Below, piece by piece: positions 1 to 7,597 of a DNA stretch of 32,000 nt; position 1 is the first letter of the stretch, and each line of letters starts with the position of its first letter. The notes beneath the pieces were generated by a model, which did not search any database, was not told where the DNA came from, and saw nothing but the letters and a program-made list of their open reading frames with translations. The stretch comes from Trichodesmium erythraeum IMS101. Lineage in GTDB: Bacteria; Cyanobacteriota; Cyanobacteriia; Cyanobacteriales; Microcoleaceae. The stretch covers positions 2,730,001 to 2,762,000 of the forward strand of contig NC_008312.1 in the NCBI RefSeq assembly GCF_000014265.1, written 5' to 3'. The translations under genes and the position numbers were made by a program.

Positions 1-1
1 C

Positions 2-601
2 GCTTTAGAAGAGAAAAAAGATACAACGCAGTTGCAAGTCATCAAAAAAGTTAGAACTGAATGGTCGAGAGAAAAAAAAGGCTTATTAGACAAACAATGC
101 CCATATTCTTATGAACTAGATGCAAAATATAATGCATTACTACAGTACTATGGACAAAGTAAAGTAGATACTGGAAACTTTGATGAAGGTATAGAAGCAT
201 TTTGTGAGATTACCAGTGAATACAAGAATTTTTCTGACATTAAAAAAATCTTTGAAAGATGGGTACTAATAGACAAAAGATTATCTAATGAAAGTACAAA
301 AAGGGTGCTGAAGCAAATAATTAAGCAAAATCAATCAGGAAATGATTGCCTTGTTTATTCATTTAAAGACGATAGAAATAAAAATGATCTGTATGACCTG
401 AAAGCTCAAGTTCATGCTGATGATTATGAGTATGGCGAAGCGGTCGAGTCATATTGCAAAATTACAGAAAACTATTATAAGTTTGAGACTGTTGTTAAAC
501 AGCTAAAAAAATTGAAACGAGAAAATGTAGAGAAAGTAGAGGAAAAACTCAAAGAATTAAACGATCCGTGTCCAGCATTTCCTCCCTCACCAGACAATTA
601 A
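2..601 (+). CDS. hypothetical protein, C-terminal part (ORF open to the left window edge)
   Basis: The frame is open from nt 2 (ALEEKKDTTQ precedes the TTG at 32 used by the ORF track). Stop TAA at 599-601. Two internal copies of a ~22-aa motif (GNFDEGIEAFCEITSEYKNF / DDYEYGEAVESYCKITENYYKF). No family recognised. Confidence 0.45.
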   Translation, partial: ALEEKKDTTQLQVIKKVRTEWSREKKGLLDKQCPYSYELDAKYNALLQYYGQSKVDTGNFDEGIEAFCEITSEYKNFSDIKKIFERWVLIDKRLSNESTKRVLKQIIKQNQSGNDCLVYSFKDDRNKNDLYDLKAQVHADDYEYGEAVESYCKITENYYKFETVVKQLKKLKRENVEKVEEKLKELNDPCPAFPPSPDN

Positions 602-733
602 TTAATATTGCTCCCTTGGATTTTCCCAAGAATTATCGCTACCTTGGAACTCTTCTTGAGGTACTACTTTAATTCCTTGCCTAAATACTCTAGCTATTTT
701 CTTCAATAAGTTTCTTTCTTGAGACAAAATTCT

Positions 734-2227
734 TTATTTTCTAAGTATTTTTTCAAATAAGTATAAGGTAAGCCCAATAAATATCCAGATTATACAACTA
801 ACTAAAAAAGTAGTGATAAAAACCACGCCCCATCCTGAAAATTGCCATTCTAATCGCTCCAAGAAATTATAAGTTTTCTCATAAACGATAGTGCCTCTGA
901 GGCTAAAAGATACAGCAATAGTACCCCAGCATCCGCAAAAGAGATGAACAGGAATAGCCCCTAATGGATCCTCAAGTTTTATCCACTTTAAAAGTTTCCT
1001 AGTTAAAACGACAACCACTCCACTAACAGCACCTATAAAAATGGCAATAGGAATATCTACATAAGCAGCAGAAGCGGTTATCCCAACTAAGCCTCCTAAT
1101 ATACCATTAATTAGTGATGACAGATCTAGTTTTCCAATCTCTGAGTTGTTGCTAGATCTTTGAGAAAATAATGGGCTAAGTAATATAGCAATAATCCCGC
1201 CAGTTGCTGCAGACATAATAGTAGTTATGATAATATGACCTACTTCTTTGAGCTCGGTTGTTGAACCACCATTAAAGCCTAACCAACCTAACCAAAGTAT
1301 CAGACATCCGAGGGTAGCAGACGTCAAATTTCTTTGATCATAGGATTCCTTTTGACCCTGAGGAGAAAGTGCTTCCGAACCTTCATCCGTTTCTAAATCT
1401 TCCCAGGGATCATATCCAAGCCAAGACCATCTTGGCTTAAGTAATATAGCAACTGCTAAAGCAGCAGTTCCTCCCACAGTATGAACAACAGTAGATCCGG
1501 CAAAATCTATAAAGTTCAGTCCTTGCTTGAGCCAACCATATTCTGACCATACCCAATGACCGACAATAGGGTATAAAAATCCTACCAAAATAAAACTAAA
1601 GCAGAAAAATACCCAAAGTTTCATTTTTTCTGCAACTGCTCTAGAAACAATAGTAGCTGCAGTGCCAGCAAATGCTAATTGAAAGAAAAATATAGAGGCG
1701 ATAGAACGTTTAGGAAACTGACGCTGCAAACAAGAAAATCCTTTGCTAGGATAACCTAGGGGAGTATCATTTTTTGGCGGTAGAATAAATTGTGACTTTT
1801 GCTCGAACTCATTATATTCCATTGTTGGAGAAAAATGTCCGTGATAACTCTGTACTTTTTCATTCTTTTGCTCGAAGTTTCCCCTACAAGGAAGATGATA
1901 TGAGCTATCCCCAAACATCAAGCCAAAACCAAACATCCAAAAGGCGATCGCCGCCACACAAAAAACGATTAAGTTTTTTGCCAAGACATTAACAGAATTA
2001 TCGCTGCGACAAAAACCTGCTTCCAACAGAGCAAAACCAGCATTCATAAAAAATACCAGAGCCCCAGCTAACAATAGCCAGATATTATCTACTTTCACAA
2101 AATCATCACTACCACCATTAGCTAAAGCTACTTGGCAACCTATCAAAACCACGATAGTTCCCAAAAACAAACAGAAATACCTAAAACGTGAGAACCAGTT
2201 TTTATCCATCAATTTTCTTAACATCAA
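734..2227 (-). CDS. amt: ammonium transporter, Amt/MEP family (divergent paralog)
   Basis: 497-aa polytopic ORF with Amt signatures: NAGFALLEAGFCR, FAGTAATIVSRAVAE, DFAGSTVVHTVGG (first pore His), LGWLGFNGGS, AIPVHLFCGCWGT (second pore His). Confidence 0.9.
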   Translation of the reverse strand: MMLRKLMDKNWFSRFRYFCLFLGTIVVLIGCQVALANGGSDDFVKVDNIWLLLAGALVFFMNAGFALLEAGFCRSDNSVNVLAKNLIVFCVAAIAFWMFGFGLMFGDSSYHLPCRGNFEQKNEKVQSYHGHFSPTMEYNEFEQKSQFILPPKNDTPLGYPSKGFSCLQRQFPKRSIASIFFFQLAFAGTAATIVSRAVAEKMKLWVFFCFSFILVGFLYPIVGHWVWSEYGWLKQGLNFIDFAGSTVVHTVGGTAALAVAILLKPRWSWLGYDPWEDLETDEGSEALSPQGQKESYDQRNLTSATLGCLILWLGWLGFNGGSTTELKEVGHIIITTIMSAATGGIIAILLSPLFSQRSSNNSEIGKLDLSSLINGILGGLVGITASAAYVDIPIAIFIGAVSGVVVVLTRKLLKWIKLEDPLGAIPVHLFCGCWGTIAVSFSLRGTIVYEKTYNFLERLEWQFSGWGVVFITTFLVSCIIWIFIGLTLYLFEKILRK

Positions 2228-2570
2228 ACCTCCGTCAAATAATTAATAGTTAGTATTATACCTTAACAAGCAGCTGGAGAAAACAGCATGAGATTGATCA
2301 AATTCTCATAAAATAATATTACCCAAGAGTCAAGGTGAACTCAGATTAAATACAGTTACATCATTAACTGTTTTAATAGTCTAATCACCAGCATTTTGAC
2401 AAACATCAAATAATATGATAGCAGTATAAGAAAATCTAGAGGAAACGACTGATGAAAATTGGGTTTTGAGGTACAGGTTTAATAGGTCTACCAATGGCTT
2501 AAAAACTGTTAGAAGGGAATCAATATTATAAGGACTTATAAACCGACTCAATCGAAATTAGTGTACACAT

Positions 2571-2791
2571 TCAGCAGTCAGCTATCAGATATCAGCCTAG
2601 TTAGAAAAATTAGCCTCCAAGAAGAATTAAAAGTCTGACACGAAAAAGATGATCGGCTAAACTTGAATTTTTTGCACAGGATGACCAAGCAAAAGCTTAA
2701 GCTTTCAGCATTCAGCATTCAGCTATCAGTTATGAGTTATTAACTCATGATATTGGAAGCAGGAATTAGTCTCCAAGGAAAATTAAAAAGT
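2571..2791 (+). repeat. two direct copies of a composite module (TCAGNNN heptamer array plus ATTAGYCTCCAAG..AATTAAAAG box)
   Basis: Heptamer arrays at 2571-2598 (tcagcag tcagcta tcagata tcagcct) and 2705-2739 (tcagcat x2, tcagcta, tcagtta, tgagtta). Each is followed by a conserved box, at 2609-2634 and 2765-2791. Confidence 0.7.
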
Positions 2792-2901
2792 TATGTTGGC
2801 ATAGCATGACCTTGGCTCTGCAGTTGCTGTAGCTATTAAAAATGTAATTTTATCCAACAGTTCAAAAGCTGAATTATCCTATCGCACAGTAATTCAAATT
2901 T

Positions 2902-3078
2902 AACTTTTAACTTTCAACTTTTGAATGCATGATTTTATTTGTATATTGGCTGAAGAGGAAACATTTTTTTTCACCGAATTAAGTATATTTGATCTGATAT
3001 CAGAAATTAGTTTTAACTTTTAACTTTTAAGGCAATAAAATCTTACTTTTGAATAGATGACTTTTGAATGCATAATTT
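2902..3078 (+). repeat. AACTTTT heptamer arrays and direct repeat ACTTTTGAATGCAT
   Basis: aactttt/aactttc/aactttt at 2902-2922 and aactttt x2 at 3015-3028. The 14-nt exact repeat ACTTTTGAATGCAT sits at 2917-2930 and 3060-3073, with a partial third copy at 3044-3056. Confidence 0.7.
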
Positions 3079-3180
3079 TTAACCTGCCATCCAAACTAGA
3101 AAGCTCAAAATATTCTCAACAGGTGGCAATGGATAATCTGTCAAATAAATTGTTACAGTTTGCTCTTCTAGTTTAAGAAA

Positions 3181-3521
3181 TCACCAAACTGTACCACTTG
3201 TAACTGCACCGTAGATAGTTGAAATTAATAGCCGTTTTTGTTCATTAAAGCGTTGAGCTGCTACCATTTCTGCTAAACATTGTCCAAGACATGGTTTGAT
3301 ATCTTCTTTTTTGGCTTCAACTAAGACGGGATTAATAATACCTTCAGAACGAGCTGTTTCACTACTAACAGCGATGCCCAAGGTACTGTTTATTTTAGGG
3401 TATCTTTAAGTAAAGCAGTAGGATGAATTGGGTAAATGTCTGGGAGAAAGCGATCGCCTGTAACCATAGTCAGTTGAAAATCTTCGAGGGCTTTCCTCAG
3501 GGTAAATTTACTATAAGGCAT
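3181..3521 (-). pseudogene. decayed PD-(D/E)XK-like nuclease gene (family resembling the type I restriction HsdR N-terminal domain)
   Basis: ATG at 3521 gives MPYSKFTLRKALEDFQLTMVTGDRFLPDIYPIHPTALLKDTLK, then TAA at 3390-3392. The reading continues in another frame (3381-3181) as GIAVSSETARSEGIINPVLVEAKKEDIKPCLGQCLAEMVAAQRFNE...YGAVTSGTVW. By my recollection of ~180-aa cyanobacterial homologs, the segment between PVL and VEAKK is missing and the C-terminus is cut. Confidence 0.6.
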
Positions 3522-3587
3522 AACTTTGATCAAAGTTTCATCTCAGAATTTTTAAGTAAACATAATATTATTAATTGATATCTAAAA

Positions 3588-4253
3588 TCAAACACTAATT
3601 CCATAACTTATAAAAGTTACAAGATGCTCTATAAATTGATCAATAGAATTGTCACTTAATATTTCTGATTCTTCAATTTGATTCAAACTGCGCACTACCA
3701 TTGCAACTATTAAATCAAGATTCCACTTTAATTCTGTAGGATATTTATGGGGTAGCACTTTTGTTAGTATGTATAGAAATCTTTGTTGAATAGTTCTAAA
3801 TTCTTGTTCTACCCGTTTATGAATTGGGTGGAGTTCGGTGCGGCAACACCCCATAAATTGTGCATGAATTCGAGATTCTTCTGATCCCTGTTGAAGCATC
3901 TTTAGGGGAGGGCTGACAAAAGCTGTTAAAATTTCCGGCAGTGAAGGGAGCTGATCTGACTCTTCTAGAATTTTGAGTTGTCGTAGTTGTTCTTGAACAA
4001 TGGGTTGTCCTACCCGTCGGACTACTGCAATAAACAGTTCCTCTTTGGAACCAAAGTGATAATGAATGGCCGCCAAGTTTACATCGGCTTCCCGGACTAT
4101 AGCTCTTAGTGAAGTTCCTGTAAAACCCAGAGAGGCAAACCGTTTTTCTGCGGCATTGAGAATTTTTTCCTTTGTATCAATAGTTGAATTTTTACTCATT
4201 GAATCCTGTGTTTGTTTTCCAGAATACGCAGCTTGGTTTGATTTAATCATCAA
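3588..4253 (-). CDS. TetR/AcrR family transcriptional regulator
   Basis: N-terminal helix-turn-helix signature KILNAAEKRFASLGFTGTSLRAIVREADVNLAAIHYHFGSKEELF. 221 aa. The start could also be the internal MSKNS. Confidence 0.85.
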   Translation of the reverse strand: MMIKSNQAAYSGKQTQDSMSKNSTIDTKEKILNAAEKRFASLGFTGTSLRAIVREADVNLAAIHYHFGSKEELFIAVVRRVGQPIVQEQLRQLKILEESDQLPSLPEILTAFVSPPLKMLQQGSEESRIHAQFMGCCRTELHPIHKRVEQEFRTIQQRFLYILTKVLPHKYPTELKWNLDLIVAMVVRSLNQIEESEILSDNSIDQFIEHLVTFISYGISV

Positions 4254-4482
4254 TTAGCTACCCTTCCAGTTTATTTTCAATCTATGTTTTCTTTTCGCAA
4301 ATAATCACGATTATTTTAAATAATACACTTTTATTCTAACAGGAATTACGAAGTAGGATTATATATGTTGGATAATTTAGTTATGATTCCAGATATAACT
4401 ACTAATATTAGTCTCATTGTGTAGTTTTTGTCCAAGTTGACTAAATCTTGTACAGACTAATAATAGTTGATCTGTACTGTAT

Positions 4483-4717
4483 AAATAAGTAATAGAAGTT
4501 AATAACAAAAAATTGAGTAATAATTATTTTTGCCAGATACGAAATTAGACTATATCTTATTGATTTTACTGATTGCTAAATACCTATTGGTAATAATTCT
4601 TATTATTAAATATCTAATTAAATGATAGTATACAGCAATAGTGCTGATGAAATATGTAATAAAAGTTAATAGCAAGAAATTAAGTAATAATTCCTATTGC
4701 TAAATACGCAATTAAGT
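4483..4717 (+). repeat. imperfect ~68-nt direct repeat (copies 4483-4550 and 4650-4717)
   Basis: My by-eye alignment gives 38/43 identity over the first 43 nt and ~79% over 68 nt. An extra 12-nt exact box ATTGCTAAATAC is at 4573-4584 and 4696-4707. Confidence 0.65.
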
Positions 4718-4993
4718 TAGAAGGAAAGAAAAGGCACTTGGAGGAGAAAGTTTTTTGATAACTGATCATTGAGAATTAATATTAGAATAATATCCTGAAA
4801 ATTCTACGCGGTAATTAATTATTCAATCTTCAAGAGCGAGATTTTACCAAATTAAATTAGGTTTGACTATGCCGATATTTAAAGTCGTTATGGTAGATAA
4901 CTAATTTGTTCTGCTAATATCAAATATGTTGGCTTCGGAGTCATATAATTCCTATTGTCAGTATGAGCTAAAACTATTCGACTTTAAAATTTA

Positions 4994-5021
4994 GTAGGAG
5001 TTTGGCGAAAAAAACTCCTAC
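4994..5021 (-). terminator. hairpin downstream of tspO (GTAGGAGTT / AACTCCTAC)
   Basis: 9-bp perfect stem (4994-5002 / 5013-5021), 17 nt past the tspO stop. On the minus strand it is followed by UAAAUUUUAAAG. Confidence 0.5.
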
Positions 5022-5037
5022 AATACTTAAGTATATT

Positions 5038-5787
5038 TTAGCTAACGTTTAATTTTAGTGGGTATAATGGTTCTTGACCATTCAACTGCCAAATCCTAAA
5101 TACTAATACAACAGCCACAGTTAACCACACACAAGAAGGAGCCAAAATGATTCCAGCTATAGGGTTAATTTGCCAGTAAAGTATAGTAACTATTAATGCA
5201 GATAACCAAGGACCTAAAATAACTACAGGAACAGCAGCACCTAACCTCTTTTGTACAGTAAAGATAGTATTCCAAGTATCTCCTAAAGCAAGATGTAGTG
5301 CAAAAGCTATAAAAGGAAGCACTAAAAATTGTTGGTTCATCTGCTGCCAAATTAATAGAGAAGAAATTACTCTTAAAATGGAAATTGTCATCCAAACTAT
5401 GGGAAAAGCTAGAGGTGGAGGTGCCCATTTTGGTCTAACAATATTATCATAGGTTTTCCTAGTGCGGGTATTATCTAAGAACGAAAAAATTCGCGAACGA
5501 ATACTCAATAATGTGAAAAATAATCCGGCAAATACAGTGCTTAACCAATTGGGAAAAAAGGAGGAATTATCAACTAAAATTACTAATTTTTCCATTCCCC
5601 AGAAAGTGAGAATAATTATTCCTATTTGCAGAATAGTTCCTAATTTATAAATTAAAACTGTCTTCAAATCTAGTTCTTTTGTCGGAACTATTTTTCTGTC
5701 TAGAGATTGATTTGTATCTTCAGTTTTTACCCCCATTACTGTATTGACAATATGTTCAATTTTTCCACCATCATTTGATTGATTCAT
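5038..5787 (-). CDS. tspO: TspO/MBR family tryptophan-rich sensory protein
   Basis: Motifs RPKWAPPPLAFPIVWMTISIL and LHLALGDTWNTIF, with W-rich hydrophobic helices. The 249-aa ORF is ~65-90 aa longer than typical TspO. An internal start at 5595 (MEKLVIL) would give a normal ~185 aa. Confidence 0.8.
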   Translation of the reverse strand: MNQSNDGGKIEHIVNTVMGVKTEDTNQSLDRKIVPTKELDLKTVLIYKLGTILQIGIIILTFWGMEKLVILVDNSSFFPNWLSTVFAGLFFTLLSIRSRIFSFLDNTRTRKTYDNIVRPKWAPPPLAFPIVWMTISILRVISSLLIWQQMNQQFLVLPFIAFALHLALGDTWNTIFTVQKRLGAAVPVVILGPWLSALIVTILYWQINPIAGIILAPSCVWLTVAVVLVFRIWQLNGQEPLYPLKLNVS

Positions 5788-5835
5788 AATTACAATACTC
5801 AGAGAATTATTAATTTACGGATAATTAATTATACT

Positions 5836-5958
5836 ATGACAAAATTAACCCCAATTCAACTAGAGGATAATACAACTATTTCTCTTGAAGCTACAGAAAA
5901 TTTGGATATTTCTACGGTAAGCACTCCAGAAAATATAGCAGAAGAAGGGGGGGGATGA
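5836..5958 (+). pseudogene. 40-codon ORF, possibly the 5' fragment of a larger gene, ending just after a G8 run
   Basis: ATG 5836, MTKLTPIQLEDNTTISLEATENLDISTVSTPENIAEEGGG, TGA 5956-5958. The G8 homopolymer is at 5947-5954. The N-terminus recalls the M..L.PI.LEDGT.I.IEA start of trypsin-co-occurring (Trypco-type) small proteins. That is recollection only. Confidence 0.25.
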
Positions 5959-5986
5959 AGTTGCTCCCTTTTAACTTCTGTTCTTA

Positions 5987-6020
5987 CTTTTGATTTTTGA
6001 TTTTTGATTTTTGATTTTGA
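5987..6020 (+). repeat. TTTTTGA heptamer tandem array (~5 units)
   Basis: cttttga tttttga tttttga tttttga ttttga, read directly. Confidence 0.85.
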
Positions 6021-6122
6021 CTAACTTAAGGCGATCGCGGCTTTAGTCAAACTTTCCCAGAAAGTACCATCTATTTATTAACTTGCCAAAGGCTTTGTTA
6101 TATGAAGGTAGGGATATGGCAC

Positions 6123-6158
6123 TTGGACTTTGATTTGGACTTATACTTGGACTTACTC
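6123..6158 (+). repeat. 3 x 12-nt tandem repeat with TTGGACTT core
   Basis: ttggactttgat / ttggacttatac / ttggacttactc, ending 115 nt upstream of the 6273 start codon. Confidence 0.8.
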
Positions 6159-6272
6159 ATATTTACTTTTGTGCCACATATTGTGATTTTTACACTATGG
6201 GCATCCGCAACGCAACAAAGCCTTTACCAAATATAATATATGCTATGAGGAGTACCCAAATCTAAACTACTC

Positions 6273-7244
6273 ATGGCTTACGAACGCGAAAAACAAATAG
6301 CAATAGAATCTGCCCTAGCAGCAGCCAAACTCTGCGAACAGGTGCGTATCAATATTCCCCCAGCAATGGAAAAGGGCGACAAAAGTCCTGTAACTGTTGC
6401 TGACTATGGTGCTCAGGCATTAATTTGTAAAGCTTTAGCTGAAGCTTTTCCCAATGATCCAGTGGTAGGAGAAGAAGATGCTACTGAGTTACAAACTCCG
6501 GAAATGGCAGAAAATTTGACAAAAGTGACAAATTATGTGCAAGAACAAATAACAAATGCTACTCCAGAACAGGTAGTACAGTGGATTAACCAAGGTAATG
6601 GTAAAGTTGGACCCCGTTATTGGACGTTAGACCCTATTGATGGCACGAAAGGGTTTTTACGTCAAGACCAATATGCAGTAGCTTTAGCATTAGTCGAAGA
6701 AGGAGAAGTTAAAGTCGGGGTGTTAGCTTGTCCTGCAATGCCAGTAGAAAATAATCAACCAGGAATGTTATATGTAGCAGTAAGAGGTGAAGGTGCAGCA
6801 ATGATGCCAATAGCAGGGGGCGAACTGACTCCCATTCAAGTTGTGCAGGCTGATGATACTGCTCATCTTCGGTTTGTTGAGAGCGTGGAAAGTTCTCACG
6901 GCGACCAAGACCGTCAGAATGCTGTAGCAAAAGCAGTAGGTATTACAGCAGCATCAGTTAGAGTAGACTCCCAAGCGAAATACGGTATCGTTGCATCTGG
7001 ACAAGCTGCTTTGTATTTGCGCTTGCCCTCACCAAAGTCTCCAAATTACCGAGAAAATATTTGGGATCATGCTGCTGGTGCGATCGTAGTTGAGGAAGCA
7101 GGAGGGCGTGTTTCTGATATTCATGGCAAACCATTAAATTTTGCTGATGGCGCAAAGATGCTTGAGAACAGGGGTATAGTTGTTAGTAATAAAATAATTC
7201 ATGACCAGGTTTTATCTATTTTAAAACAGCTTTCAGTTAAGTAG
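6273..7244 (+). CDS. 3'(2'),5'-bisphosphate nucleotidase (HAL2/SAL1 type, inositol monophosphatase superfamily)
   Basis: WTLDPIDGTKGFLRQDQYAVALAL and NIWDHAAGAIVVEEAGGRVSD motifs. 323 aa. Confidence 0.85.
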   Translation: MAYEREKQIAIESALAAAKLCEQVRINIPPAMEKGDKSPVTVADYGAQALICKALAEAFPNDPVVGEEDATELQTPEMAENLTKVTNYVQEQITNATPEQVVQWINQGNGKVGPRYWTLDPIDGTKGFLRQDQYAVALALVEEGEVKVGVLACPAMPVENNQPGMLYVAVRGEGAAMMPIAGGELTPIQVVQADDTAHLRFVESVESSHGDQDRQNAVAKAVGITAASVRVDSQAKYGIVASGQAALYLRLPSPKSPNYRENIWDHAAGAIVVEEAGGRVSDIHGKPLNFADGAKMLENRGIVVSNKIIHDQVLSILKQLSVK

Positions 7245-7251
7245 ACATCAA

Positions 7252-7279
7252 GTAGGAATGTTGCATTCAACATTCCTAC
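7252..7279 (+). terminator. 12-bp perfect hairpin just after the nucleotidase stop
   Basis: GTAGGAATGTTG catt CAACATTCCTAC, followed by aggtttatctttt. Confidence 0.6.
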
Positions 7280-7397
7280 AGGTTTATCTTTTAACTGGGT
7301 AAAGCAATTAAATAATTATCACTCCCTAGGAGCTTGAGTAGAAACAAAGAATTGGCAGATCCAGTCAATGGTCTTGTTAAACCAGAAAGAGAATATA

Positions 7398-7505
7398 TAC
7401 AGCTAATTTGCAGGAAAATGATGTCCGGCTATATTTGGTAAAAATCATGTAGCGCAGCCATTTTGCCCGCGTTAGCTTACCTCATCAACCTGCAAATTAG
7501 CTGTA
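7398..7505. repeat. 108-nt element with 17-bp perfect terminal inverted repeats
   Basis: TACAGCTAATTTGCAGG (7398-7414) and CCTGCAAATTAGCTGTA (7489-7505). Further interior pairing is possible: TGATG/CATCA, GGTAA/TTACC. Confidence 0.7.
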
Positions 7506-7597
7506 AGAACTAAGTCAAGACAACTGTTCGCCTATGGTGTTGCTTATAGCAGCTTTTACTTAGGTTGACCACAGTAGGGATGTTGCATAAGGGCGTC
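7441..7597 (+). repeat. left copy of a short dispersed element (12-nt box AAAATCATGTAG ... 24-nt box GTAGGGATGTTGCATAAGGGCGTC)
   Basis: Boxes at 7441-7452 and 7574-7597. Both recur reverse-complemented at 9437-9540. Confidence 0.7.

Noticed and set aside
1792-1992. Short ORFs nested in, or antisense to, well-supported genes. Coordinates: 1792-1992, 4066-4257, 5165-5428, 5462-5650, 6709-6930, 6958-7155, 8525-8740, 10727-10939, 12111-12308, 12695-12889, 12712-12894, 16174-16356, 16182-16415, 17539-17781, 20526-20729, 29203-29400, 29424-29702, 29745-29930, 30690-30914.
   Set aside because: All lie inside CDS with clear family signatures on the other strand or in another frame. Their translations are low-complexity or odd in composition and show no motifs. 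These are typical shadow ORFs.
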